A stretch of 64,000 bases of DNA from Octopus bimaculoides. Its lineage: Eukaryota. Positions 37,377 through 49,393 of the stretch are shown here, one piece after another (position 1 is the stretch's first letter; every line of letters starts with the position of its first letter). A program made the translations under genes and the position numbers. The stretch is taken from positions 25,721,237 to 25,785,236 of the forward strand of contig NC_068985.1 in assembly GCF_001194135.2 (NCBI RefSeq), written 5' to 3'. The notes beneath the pieces were generated by a model, which was not told the origin of the DNA, ran no database searches, and saw only the letters and a list, made by a program, of their open reading frames with translations.

Positions 37377-37660
37377 GGTGGGCGAGATGGCAGAATCGTT
37401 AGCGCGATGTAATCGACTTAATCCCTTTGTCTGTCCTTGTTTGTCCCCTCTATGTTTAGCCCCTTGTGGGCAATAAAGAAATAAGAATCGTTAGCACGCC
37501 AGGCAAAATACTTAGTGGCATTTCGTCCATCTTTGCGTTCTGAATTCAAATACCGCTGGAAACGACATTGCTTTTCGTCCTTTCGCGATCGATAAAACAA
37601 GTACTAAATGAGTAATGGGGTCGAAACTACTGGTCTTGTGTCAACATTTGAAACCAATAT
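37377..37660 (+). mobile_element. SINE family A interrupted by an 80-bp tail-1 insertion (37404-37483)
   Basis: 12-bp TSD AGAATCGTTAGC at 37392-37403 and 37484-37495. Confidence 0.85.
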
Positions 37661-37689
37661 CACAATAAATTGTATTAAGATAATTGTTT

Positions 37690-38400
37690 TTAATATAGAC
37701 ACAAGTCCTGAAATTTGAGGGAGATGGCAAGTCGATTACCTCAATGCAACTACTCCACTGATATTTTACTTTATCGACCCGAAAGGATGAAAAGCAAAGC
37801 TGACCTCGACGGGATTTGAGCTCAGAACGTTAAAAAAAAACGGATTAAATGCCGCTAGGCATTTCCCTACGCGCTAGCAATTCTTCAAGTTCACCGCCAA
37901 ATTGTATTAAAATGATAGTCATAATCTTTTCTACTATAGGCACAAGGCCTGGAATTTGAGGGAGGAGATTAGTCGAATACATCGACACTAGTACTCAGTT
38001 GGTATTTATTCCATTGACCCCGAAAGGAAGAAAAGCAAAATCGACTCCGGCGTTTTTTTAACTCAGAACGTAAAGACAGACGAAATACCGCTAAGCATTT
38101 TGCCCGGCGTGCTAACGATTCTGCCAGCTCGTCGTCTTAAACATAAAAGTAATAATGATTTCAAATTTTTCCACAGGAGTAGCAATTTTGGGGGAGAGTA
38201 TGAGTCGATTACATCGACCCCAGTCTTCAACTGGTACTTATTTTATCAATCCTGAAAGGATGAAAGGCAAAGTCAACCTCGGCAGAATTTAAACTCAGAA
38301 TGTAGCGACAGACGAAATATCGCTAAGCGATATGGTAGAATCGTTAGCTCGCTGGACGAAATCGTCCAGTGAGCAACGATTCTACCAGCTCGTCGCCTTA
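37690..38400 (-). mobile_element. Three consecutive SINE family A copies
   Basis: Repeated head and central domains at ~37690-37900, 37925-38140 and 38160-38400. Confidence 0.85.
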
Positions 38401-38411
38401 AAGATAAAAGC

Positions 38412-38792
38412 AACAAAAGCACTCAAAGAGCGCAAACCTCCGCCAAGGCAACACCAACGTCCTCTCAACGATTAGTCGAGGATGGTTTTTTAAATGAGAA
38501 TATCTGAATAAACTGAACTTCTCTCACAAATGAGAATACTAGAAGTGAACCCGACCGCTCTCAAAAATTAAGTAAAACAAAACCGGAAAAATAATCCAGA
38601 ATCCTTGTGCGGTATCCGATGGATTCCCAAAATTTAATCAATTCGTGCCGGTCACGAGGCCAAACATTTCTGAAAGTTTCATTCGAATCCATCTAGCAGT
38701 TCTTGAGATATCTTGTCCACGGATAAACTAACAAACAAACAAACAAACGCGACTGAAAACAATACCCCCGCCTTCGCTAAAGTGGAGGTAAT
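38412..38792 (+). mobile_element. Helentron-associated non-autonomous element (HINE/DINE-1-like)
   Basis: 5' subterminal ACCTCCGCC, (AAAC)n near the 3' end, and a 3' hairpin ACCCCCGCCTTCGCTAAAGTGGAGGT that also complements the 5' motif. Confidence 0.7.
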
Positions 38793-39280
38793 AATGCTTT
38801 CAAATTTTGGCTCCAGAACAGTCATTTTAGGGTGTGGGGTTTAGTTGCATTCTTACATATTTTATGATGTGGGTTTGCATGCTTTCGAAATAACTAAGGA
38901 TTGATGTTGAACAAAGATTCGTATTATATATTTGAGAGGATTAGACAAAAAATACTTTCGTTGATTAGTTATCACTACTTGTGTTCATGCAACTGCTTGC
39001 AAGAAGCAAATCGATTCTTTAAATGTTTCCCCAGCGTTGTGTACCAAGCCAGTTTGCTAACATTGTATTAAGCAGCTGCGTTTTCAAAAATATTCACAAA
39101 AATAATTACGCTTTGATGTTTTTAAAGTTTATGAATGTAGATAGCTTGTGCTAAAGAAAACGTTAAACATCTGAAAAATTGCTTACATTTTTTGATGATG
39201 TAAAAAACAGAAATTATTATAATGGAACTAACATATATATTTTTTTATTCTTTTAAACGTTTCAATCATTTACACACACA

Positions 39281-39312
<32 letters not shown>

Positions 39313-39774
39313 NNNNNNNNNNNNNNNNNNNNNNNNNNNNNNNNNNNNNNNNNNNNNNNNNNNNNNNNNNNNNNNNNNNNNNNNNNNNNNNNNNNNNNNN
39401 NNNNNNNNNNNNNNNNNNNNNNNNNNNNNNNNNNNNNNNNNNNNNNNNNNNNNNNNNNNNNNNNNNNNNNNNNNNNNNNNNNNNNNNNNNNNNNNNNNCT
39501 CTTCCGATCTTATATATATATATACTATGTGCGTGCGTACGCGCATGATTATACGTCTGTATCAATTCACCAGCACTTCATTTTGTCTCATTTTTCCTAT
39601 CTTTCTCTGTTACCACCCCAACTAACACTTCTAAATATTTCTCTTCCATCTCTCTGGCCCTCCCTATCTTCCCGGCCATTCGCTGTCGTTTCTATTATCA
39701 TAAGAACAACAATCAGCAACAATTCTCGACCACAACAACAACAACAATAATAATGATGATAATAAAATAATGGT

Positions 39775-40273
39775 TTCAAGTTTTGCCACAAGAGCAGCAA
39801 TCTTGGGGTTGGGAACTAGTCGATTACATCGACCTCAGTGTTCAACTAGTACTTATTTTATTGACCCTGAAAGGATGAAAAGGTAAAGTCGACCACGGCT
39901 GAATTTGAACTCAGAACGTTGGGACGGACGAATCGCTGCCTTTAATATATCATGTGCTTGAAACAACCTTAGATTTAAAATCACATTGTATTTCACGCTT
40001 CTAATATGTATACAAACTTGGAAAGACGCTAGCGGTAATATTCTGTCTTGCAGAAATACCGCTAAGCAATCTGTATCGTCAGCGCGTTTGAGAAAATGCT
40101 TCTCAGTATTTCTGCAAGCTCTTTCCGTCCTCAGTTCACATTTTGCAGAGATTGACTTTTCCTTTCATTCTCTTCGGGTTTTTTTTAAATAAATACTATT
40201 TGAGTAGTAAAGTCGATGCAATCAACTATCCTGCTCTCCTGAAAACTGCTGGCATTTGCCTAAATTTGAAACC

Positions 40274-40317
<44 letters not shown>

Positions 40318-40810
40318 CCCGAAAGGATGAAAGGCAAAGCCGACCTCGGCACAGGGCCTGAAATTTGGGGATAGGGGATAGTTTATTACATTGGCCTCAG
40401 TACTCAACTGGATCCCATTTTATCGACCTCGAAAGGATGAAAAGTAAAGTCAACCTCAGCGGAATTTGAACGCAGAACATGAAGACGGACGAAATGCCGC
40501 TAAGCATTTTGCCTGACGAGCCAGCGACTCTGCCAGCTATGTTGGCATACATTACTCTCTCACACTATAGTAATAATGATAATAATAATAATCCTTTCTA
40601 CCATAGGCACAAGGCCTGAAATTTGGGGGAGGGAACTAGTCGATTACATCGACCCCAGTGTTTCACAAGTACTTAATTTATCGACCCCAAAAGGAGGAAA
40701 GGCAAAGTTGACACCGGTGGAATTTGAACTCAGAATGTAGCGGCAGACGAAATACCGCTAAACATTTCACCCGGCGTGCTAACGATTTTGCCAGCTTGCT
40801 GCCTCAATAA
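39775..40810. mobile_element. Cluster of SINE family A copies in both orientations, interspersed with (TAA)n
   Basis: Central-domain matches at ~39860, 40150, 40320, 40430 and 40690. Confidence 0.85.
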
Positions 40811-40814
40811 TAAT

Positions 40815-40845
<31 letters not shown>

Positions 40846-41074
40846 TCTCCACTATAGCGATGAAATGGTACTTATCTAGTAAAGAGAACTGGATCCTGCT
40901 GCTAATGTTCGAACATAAAAGCAGCAAAAAGTCGCATTCTACTGTCAAGGGATCTTGTAAATTCGCAAGGGTACTTGTCGTTAACTTTGAGTTAGATGAA
41001 GAACCTGAAACCACTACTACCAAGCACACAAAACAAATCAAACAAACTGCTAAAAAGAACGGGAACAAACAAAT

Positions 41075-41642
41075 TGAGTAGCGATGGAGCAAGAAGTCCC
41101 TGCATGGACAATACATTCTTAGAAATCAAAATGCTGATGTAGACCAAGCAGCAACCCATCAGTGACTGAAGAGTTTAGGATTGAAAGCAGAGACTGAAGG
41201 CTAAATACTGGTGGCACAAGGCTAAAGCATGTTTACCAGAAATTACCAGGTTAATGTTCTTAAAAATGGTGCTGATCCAAAAGTGCAGATTCTGCAATAC
41301 ATCTAATGAATCAATAGACCATCTTTTTTCGGGCTGTCGAATGTTGACACGAAACGAATATAAAATTTCCACAGTAGGATAGTACAATATTCACATCGAA
41401 AAATACGTAAACACTCCCGAATCGACACTCCTGTTAACTGTTATGAACACAATCCTGAGCAAGTGGTTGAAGGTAAAAATGTCACCATCCTGTGCGATTT
41501 CCCAGTCAACACTAACAGAACAATCCCGGTTAATCGACCAGACATAATTATTAAAGACCAGGAAGAACATAATTGTAGACTGACAGATGTAAGTATTCCA
41601 ATTGATGAAAACGTATCAGTAAATGAATTTGTAAATATTTCG
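41075..41642 (+). mobile_element. RLE-type non-LTR retrotransposon fragment (CCHC plus RLE)
   Basis: GLKAETEG, CRFCNTSNESIDHLFSGC and NRPDIIIKD...TDVSIP motifs, with frameshifts. Confidence 0.88.
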
Positions 41643-41767
41643 TAAAGGACCCGTTCGTACCTCGGTGCGAAATAATTTTTTTCCAGTTTGTTCGAGTGTA
41701 TTCAACGTATCTCACCTCCAAAACCGCCGCTAGCCACTTTTTCTGGTTGAAGGTGTTAAACATGTAC

Positions 41768-42068
41768 ATGTTTTGTCTTGGTGTAAAAGATGGGCTATAG
41801 CAAATATTCTGCTTAATATCACAGATTTGTCAGTTGCTTGACCTCAACTAGTTGAGCATGTCCCTTGGTGGCTGACGATAAATGCTTATCTGGTCACGAC
41901 CAAGAGTAGTTGGGAAGCACCATAGCCATGTGTTGAGAGGGGTTTCTTGGGGTTTGAATAATTCACCTCTGGGAACATGGGTATTTCGCTCAACCTTAAA
42001 CAACCCTTATTCAGGGACCTTTTGAACAAGATGGACTACTTGACCTGAAGAAAATTTTAACTGGCTCA
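41768..42068 (+). mobile_element. Family E repeat, internal portion
   Basis: Reverse complement of ~8170-8475. Confidence 0.8.
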
Positions 42069-42074
42069 TTGTTC

Positions 42075-42336
<262 letters not shown>

Positions 42337-42344
42337 TAATACAT

Positions 42345-43060
42345 AATGTTTTCTTTATTATTAACGACTAATGGTTGAAGAAAACATTGAGAACGGTACA
42401 GAAAAATACAGTATAAGATTTTTTTTAAAAAGCATGTAAAAAGGTAAAATAAAAGAAATAAAAAAGATTCAAACAAAAAATAATTCCCCCCAAAAAGGAA
42501 ACCTCCGAGGGATTCTCATGGAAACCCCACGAAAACAACGATCACTCCGACCAGGTGGGCATGTGAATTCTCACAGTTGTTCTAAAAGCGCATGGCCTTC
42601 TCCTGAAGGTGCATGCCTCAGTGGTTAGAGCGTCGAGCTTACGATCGCGAGGTTGTGAGTTCGAATCCCGGAACGGGCTGCGTGTTGTGTTCTTGAGCAA
42701 GACACTTTATTTCATGTTGCTCCAGTTCACTCAGCTGTAGAAATGAGTTGCAACGTCACAGGTGCCAAGCTGTATCGGCCCCTTTGCCTTTCCCTTGGCG
42801 TGGAGAGGAAGGAGACCGGTATGCATGGGCGACTGCTGGTCTTCCATAAACAACCTTGCCCGGACTTGTGCCTCGGAGGGTAACTTTCTAGGTGCAATCC
42901 CATGGTCAGTCATGGTCAGTCATGACCGAAGGGGGTCTCAGCATCTCCTAAAATCTAAAGTGTATGCTCAGAGCGGGTCCGTTTACTCGGACCATATTCA
43001 CCACTCTCATCCACTTATCAACAAATCTGCTGGTGGGAAGCACAGCCCTCCCTACTTTAA
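42345..43060 (-). mobile_element. L1/Tx1-like LINE 3' end, interrupted by SINE C
   Basis: The reverse strand reads ERAVLPTSRFVDKWMRVVNMVRV..., then a stop and a T-rich 3' UTR ending AATAAAGAAA. Confidence 0.45.
42608..42939 (+). mobile_element. tRNA-headed CORE-like SINE, family C
   Basis: CAGTGGTTAGAGC A-box, GAGTTCGAATCCC B-box, TTCTTGAGCAAGACACTT CORE-like segment, tail CATGACCGAAGGGGGTCTC. Confidence 0.9.
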
Positions 43061-44297
43061 ATTAACGATACTACCTGCTAACATTTTGATGATATTTTAA
43101 CATTTCATAATTTCTATCATAAACACAATACTGCAATTTTGGGGACAGCAATAGTCGATTATATCAATACCCTCTCTTGAATTGTAGTTTGTTTGTTATT
43201 TTTACCTCAACTGATTTTTTCCTATAGGCACTAGGTAAAATGCTTGAACGATAACTACAATCGATAAAATCGACTCCAGTATTTAATTACGTAGTATGGT
43301 GAAAGTTGACCTCAGCGAGATTTGAGCCCTGAACATAAAGGGACGCGAACCCCTGCTTTGGTTAATAACAAGTATTTTACTTTTCACGGCTGTTCAACAC
43401 TGGTTGAACAGATCTATGAACGAAGACGTTATAGTTGTAACTATTTTGTCTTTTTTTTTTATCAAGACTACATGATCCAATGTGTCCATCCTCTTTTGAG
43501 ATGACAAGGTGTAATTTGAAGAAGTTTTAGTTGCTATTTCTAGAAGGTCAAGCAATCAGGACGGCTATATAATTAAGAAGTCCACTTCACAACTACATGA
43601 TTTCAAGCTCGATCCGACTGCGCAACTCCTATGAAAGACTTGTGACTGATAGTCGGAAAATATGGAAACTTGTCAGAGATATCATTCTTGTTTATGAGTG
43701 GTAGACTTAACCTTGCGCCTAGTTTAACACCACCATAGTCAACAGGTGTCTTTAGCAGAATCTGTTATGTGGCAAATATTTCAGCTAGATAGCTGCTTCG
43801 TGGATAACATCCCCGAGGATAATACAAGGCTTGAAGTCTTTGAAAAAAATAACGGCACTTCTTTACTTTCTCTAATTAATAAAAAATGTAGAAGCTCCTT
43901 CATCGGTACATACCTTGTAGTTCCAAGAGAAGGCAATACTCTGAGACAGTAAATGAGTTCATAGAATTAATGCGTTTAAAAAGATGGGCGTAGCTCCGTC
44001 ACGTAAAAGTGCTACTTGAAATTGTTCTGTATAGAATCAAGATACCTTTCTCATTTATTATGAAAAGAATGGTGGATAAAAAACTTCACAGCATTTCTTC
44101 CAGATTTTTACGCTCTCAATTCAAATCCCACCGGAGTCGATAAAATAAAATACCAGGTAAACACTTAGGCCGATGTAATTGACTTGTACCCATCCCATTA
44201 AGATTGTTGGCCTTCTGACAAAATTTGAAACTATTTTATTAGGAAAAAATCCTCTTTTGGTGGTGATGGGGATGGTGGTAGTGATGGAATTGGTTAA

Positions 44298-44550
44298 CTC
44301 TTTTAACTCTTTTACTTGTTTCAGTCATTTGACTGCGGCCATGCTGGAGCACCACCTTTAGTCGAGCAAATCGACCCCAGGACTTATTCTTTAGAAGCCT
44401 AGTACTTATTCTATCGGTCACTTTTTGCCGAACCGCTAGGTTACGGGGACATAAACACACCAGCATCGGTTGTCAAACGATGTTGGGGGGACAAACACAG
44501 ACACACAAACATACACACATACATATATATATACATATATACGACGGGCT
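44298..44550 (-). mobile_element. SINE family D, 3' half, cut by a gap
   Basis: Near-identical to the tail half of the copy at 18103. Confidence 0.9.
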
Positions 44551-45260
44551 NNNNNNNNNNNNNNNNNNNNNNNNNNNNNNNNNNNNNNNNNNNNNNNNNN
44601 NNNNNNNNNNNNNNNNNNNNNNNNNNNNNNNNNNNNNNNNNNNNNNNNNNNNNNNNNNNNNNNNNNNNNNNNNNNNNNNNNNNNNNNNNNNNNNNNNNNN
44701 NNNNNNNNNNNNNNNNNNNNNNNNNNNNNNNNNNNNNNNNNNNNNNNNNNNNNNNNNNNNNNNNNNNNNNNNNNNNNNNNNNNNNNNNNNNNNNNNNNNN
44801 NNNNNNNNNNNNNNNNNNNNNNNNNNNNNNNNNNNNNNNNNNNNNNNNNNNNNNNNNNNNNNNNNNNNNNNNNNNNNNNNNNNNNNNNNNNNNNNNNNNN
44901 NNNNNNNNNNNNNNNNNNNNNNNNNNNNNNNNNNNNNNNNNNNNNNNNNNNNNNNNNNNNNNNNNNNNNNNNNNNNNNNNNNNNNNNNNNNNNNNNNNNN
45001 NNNNNNNNNNNNNNNNNNNNNNNNNNNNNNNNNNNNNNNNNNNNNNNNNNNNNNNNNNNNNNNNNNNNNNNNNNNNNNNNNNNNNNNNNNNNNNNNNNNN
45101 NNNNNNNNNNNNNNNNNNNNNNNNNNNNNNNNNNNNNNNNNNNNNNNNNNNNNNNNNNNNNNNNNNNNNNNNNNNNNNNNNNNNNNNNNNNNNNNNNNNN
45201 NNNNNNNNNNNNNNNNNNNNNNNNNNNNNNNNNNNNNNNNNNNNNNNNNNNNNNNNNNNN

Positions 45261-45296
<36 letters not shown>

Positions 45297-47309
45297 GTCG
45301 ATGGGACCTCTGTGGGTTTCGACGTTGGGCATTCGGTTGTCTGTTCAATTAATTCACTAAAGTATGTGTAAGTGGTTAAGCAATCCGCTGACATTTTAAC
45401 CATTAATGTAATTTTGAATGAGCGAAATGCAATATAACACGGCTTAAACTTTTAATTAAAAACAGTACTGAAAGAGAGAGAAAGAGCTGAACTGGTACTT
45501 TATGTATCGACTCCGAAAGAAGAAAAAAAAGCAAAGTTCACTGTGGTTGGATTTGAGCTCAGAGCACTGACAACCGAAACGAATACTACGAGGCATCCTA
45601 TCTGATGCTCTAAAGATTCTATTAATTCACTGCCTTACTTCAAACATGCACAGATACACAAGCAGAAACACACTTGAACACGCGCGCGCGCGGAGAGAGG
45701 CATGCATGAATATATGCATACATGCACGTATGTATAAACTTTTATACACACACATATATATACACACACACAGAACTATTATATACGAATTCATAATTTT
45801 AAACACATACATACATGCATGTGAGTATTATATACGTTAAAAGTCACTTGCCCAAATACCATGCAGTTGGATCGAACCGAGGAGCCCATGATTGCGAACA
45901 ACATACACACATACGTGCATACTTATAAGCACGTGTGTATGTGTGTATGTATGAACATGATTATTTGTCATTAAATATTAACATCAGAAATCAGTGAAAT
46001 CAATGAAAGATGATATTAAAACACGTACCTCCCAAATTGATTTCCTTTCTTTGATGTAGAGCTAATGTTGTCCAGTAGAATTGTAACCTCTCAAAAGACA
46101 GTTGTACTTCGGTCAGCCACAAAGCTAAGGACTAAAGCAGACAGCGAATCTACAGCTTATTTTTCTTACAAATTCAAGTCGCGGTGCTTACTATTTTTGA
46201 ACTTATTTGATTCATTTAATCAGAAAACGACTTGCTCAACCGGTTAAACCAGAGCTGCTCACATAACGGAAATCATTATTGCAGGTTCATAGCTATTAAA
46301 CAACTCAGCTGAACTTTGACGAAACTGAGCTGAACAGTGGGCGGCTGACAGTATAGTTTTCACATTAAGTCTTAATCCGTGAAACACGCCTATTTGTCGT
46401 TTTAACAGAACCGTTATTTAGAATGTGGGGAGAAGATTTGTAAATATTGAGTAACATTGCAGTTTTGGCTGTTGTCATTGTTTTTTTAACTTCAGGTCAA
46501 CTCTGATTAAGGCTTCTAGCTTTCTCTGACCAACACAATTTTCTTTTTATTCAGGCATTGTGTAACCTGGACTATATTATCCAACAGATCATTTTTTAAA
46601 GACAATATTTTTTTATGAGAGATGAGTGACTGCTATTTCTAGCATTTCGTACGACCATATTGTAGCCTGCTCAAAAATAAATTGTTTATAAATTTCATCA
46701 GTAGCTACTCTGTATTTGAATACACAACACTTGTAAAACTAATTAATATAGTAAACATTTACATAGACTAATAGAGCACAATGTGACTTTTTATATCGTC
46801 TGTGTCGTCGTCAGGAAAATCTTATTTCAGTGCATTGAACTACCAGAAAAAGAGACCGAATCGCCTGGAAATATTACCATGTGATAGTGAAGCCATGTCA
46901 TATTCTTTATTCTTTAAAGCAGTCATAGGCAGCCTGCTTCTCGAAAAAGGTTGCTCACGTCACTTATAAATTTTGGAACTAGATTCCGTCTTTATTTCTC
47001 AGTTGTAACCAAAGGAGTCAATTTTTTCTTCTGTATTTTATTCAGTTCAACACATTTCGTTGCGAATGCTGTATTTTTTCCTTTGCAGATTACTCCTCAC
47101 TCTGTAACATATTTCGTACAAATCTGCGGGTCTATTTCTAACACTAATAATAAACTTCCCTCCCACAGAATGTGGGACTTTTTTGCAAAATATTGTTAGT
47201 TACCAATACCATAGAACTTGAACCAAGACAGAAGTCTCTATGGGATCGCTCGACTTGCAATAAATAGTAACCAAATCTCTATGCTCATATACGCTTTAAT
47301 GATAAACTT

Positions 47310-47885
47310 CTAAAAAGTTTGACAGATTTTTACAGTTCCAGTGATGGATTGGATCTGTAGTCTTCGAATTAGCTTTCTCCTTTCTGGTTTTGAGAAGCCT
47401 AATTTCTCAAGATTGGTATTTAGGCAGTGTGTTACATATCCCAGTACCCCAATAATTACAGGTATAAACCCGGACTTGTAATCTGAGTAGAGTAACTGCA
47501 GATTTCTCATTAGTTCAGCGTAGGTATTCTCTTTTTCACTGATCTTCAGCTTTATGCTAACATCCGCTGGGCAGCTGATTTCCACAACTGTGCACAGTTT
47601 CTCTTCCCAAATCATTATATCAGGTCTATTATGTTTACATTTTATTGAGGTTTCGACTGGGGCATTCCACTAATACCTCTTTTTATTATGAATGACTATG
47701 GCTTCTACCATACATTGGGTTCTTATTTCTTTGTCTTCGGGGTTATACTTTCGACGGATTTCGTTATACAGTGTCCTAGCTACAACATCATGTCTCATCG
47801 GTAGATAGTACCGTGATGATATTTTCGGACAGCTGCTTATGATGTGGGTTAACTCCACAAAATCTGCATCGGTTGTCACATTTTA
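47310..47885 (-). mobile_element. RLE-type non-LTR retrotransposon C-terminal fragment (second family)
   Basis: LTHIISSCP...RHDVVAR, HNRPDIMIW...VVEISCP and FIPVIIGVLG motifs. Confidence 0.88.
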
Positions 47886-48491
47886 ACACTTTCATGTATG
47901 TATGCATGTATGTATATATGTATGTTATTATTCAGTCTATTTCAAGATTTCTTGCCAATAGAGAAAGAACCGATTTCTAACCTAGATCCAAGGCTCCTTC
48001 ATTGGAATTTCAACATCACCAACAGGGTATTTTTGTTCGTATGCATGTATGTATGTATGTATGTATGTACTAGCTTAAAATCCACTCTATCGGGTGGCTT
48101 TTAAGCTAGTATATAGCTTTTAAGCAACTGACCCTGAATGGGAAGATCTGCAAACAGATCTCTGACTTGTTTTGGAAAATGTGTTGCAATAGCTCCCTCC
48201 AGAGTCTTATCCCAATGATGATCATATTCGTCGTAAAAAAATCATGTAAAAAAAAATCGCCGTAAGCAATCTCAATAATGAAAATATAAGAATCCAAAGT
48301 TTCAGGATTGCAGGTCCGGATTCGGCCCGGAATGTTTTCAATTTACTCATGGAGTCAACCTGATTCCAAAATGGCATAATATGTTGGGCTACGGCCTCTA
48401 GGAGTAAAGCTGAAAAAGTGTTACTCACTGACACACTGACATTCACATTTATTACATTATATTATATTATATTATATTATTATCTTACGTT

Positions 48492-48712
48492 AAGTCGGCG
48501 AGCTGGCAGAATCGTTAGCGCGCCGGGCGAAATGCTTACCGGTATTTCGTCTGCCGTTAGGGTTTTGAGTTCGAAATCCGCCGAGGTCGACTTTGCCTTT
48601 CATCCTTTCGGGGTTGATAAAATTAGTACCAGTTACGTACTGGGTCGATGTAATCAACTTAATCCCTTTTCCCAAATTTGAGGCCTTGTGCTTCCACTAG
48701 AAGGGATTTATT
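48492..48712 (+). mobile_element. SINE family A
   Basis: Intact head, central domain and tail-2. Confidence 0.9.
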
Positions 48713-49393
48713 AAAGTTGAAAAAGTGTGACACACTGACATTTATTATATTGCTTAATTTTGGGGAAAATTTATTTCAATTAAAGTGGATTTCATATATA
48801 TGTGTGTATGTATATATATTAAAGAAAGCAAAAATAAGTGTTCAGTATGTTGGTGGCAGGAATTTCTGTCATGGTTAAACAAAGTTGTACATCATCTCCC
48901 TCTTTCACACTCACTCTTTTTCTCTCTTCTATTATCACTACCACTGCCACCATCAACACTTTTAATAAAACATCATCAATCTCCCTAAATTTCTTTGTCT
49001 CTCTTTTCCTCCTCTCTCTCTCTCTCTCTCACTCTCTGTCTTTACCACTGCCTTCACCGTCTCTGTGCCTACTATTACTCTCACCCCATCATGAGGAATA
49101 GTAGGAGTGTCGTTGAATAGTGAGAGAGGGGGTCTAACTGTGACACTGACAGACAGAAATTAGTTTTCGCATTTTTTATATTAGATGTATGTATGTATGT
49201 ATGTATGTATGTGTAAAAAGTTTTTGCCTTCTTTCATTTTGATTACTGCAGTATAATTTGTTCTAACAGTACATCCATGTTTAAGTGGGGATAAATACAT
49301 AGAACATAAATGTAGTAATATATGATGCAGTACAAGGCGCGAGCTGGCAGAAATGTTAGCACGCCGGGCGAAATGCTTAGCGATATTTCGTCT

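Noticed and set aside
42608-42690. tRNA gene (also 17325, 23417, 62806)
   Set aside because: A and B boxes are present, but there is no complete cloverleaf or acceptor stem and each continues into SINE body and tail.
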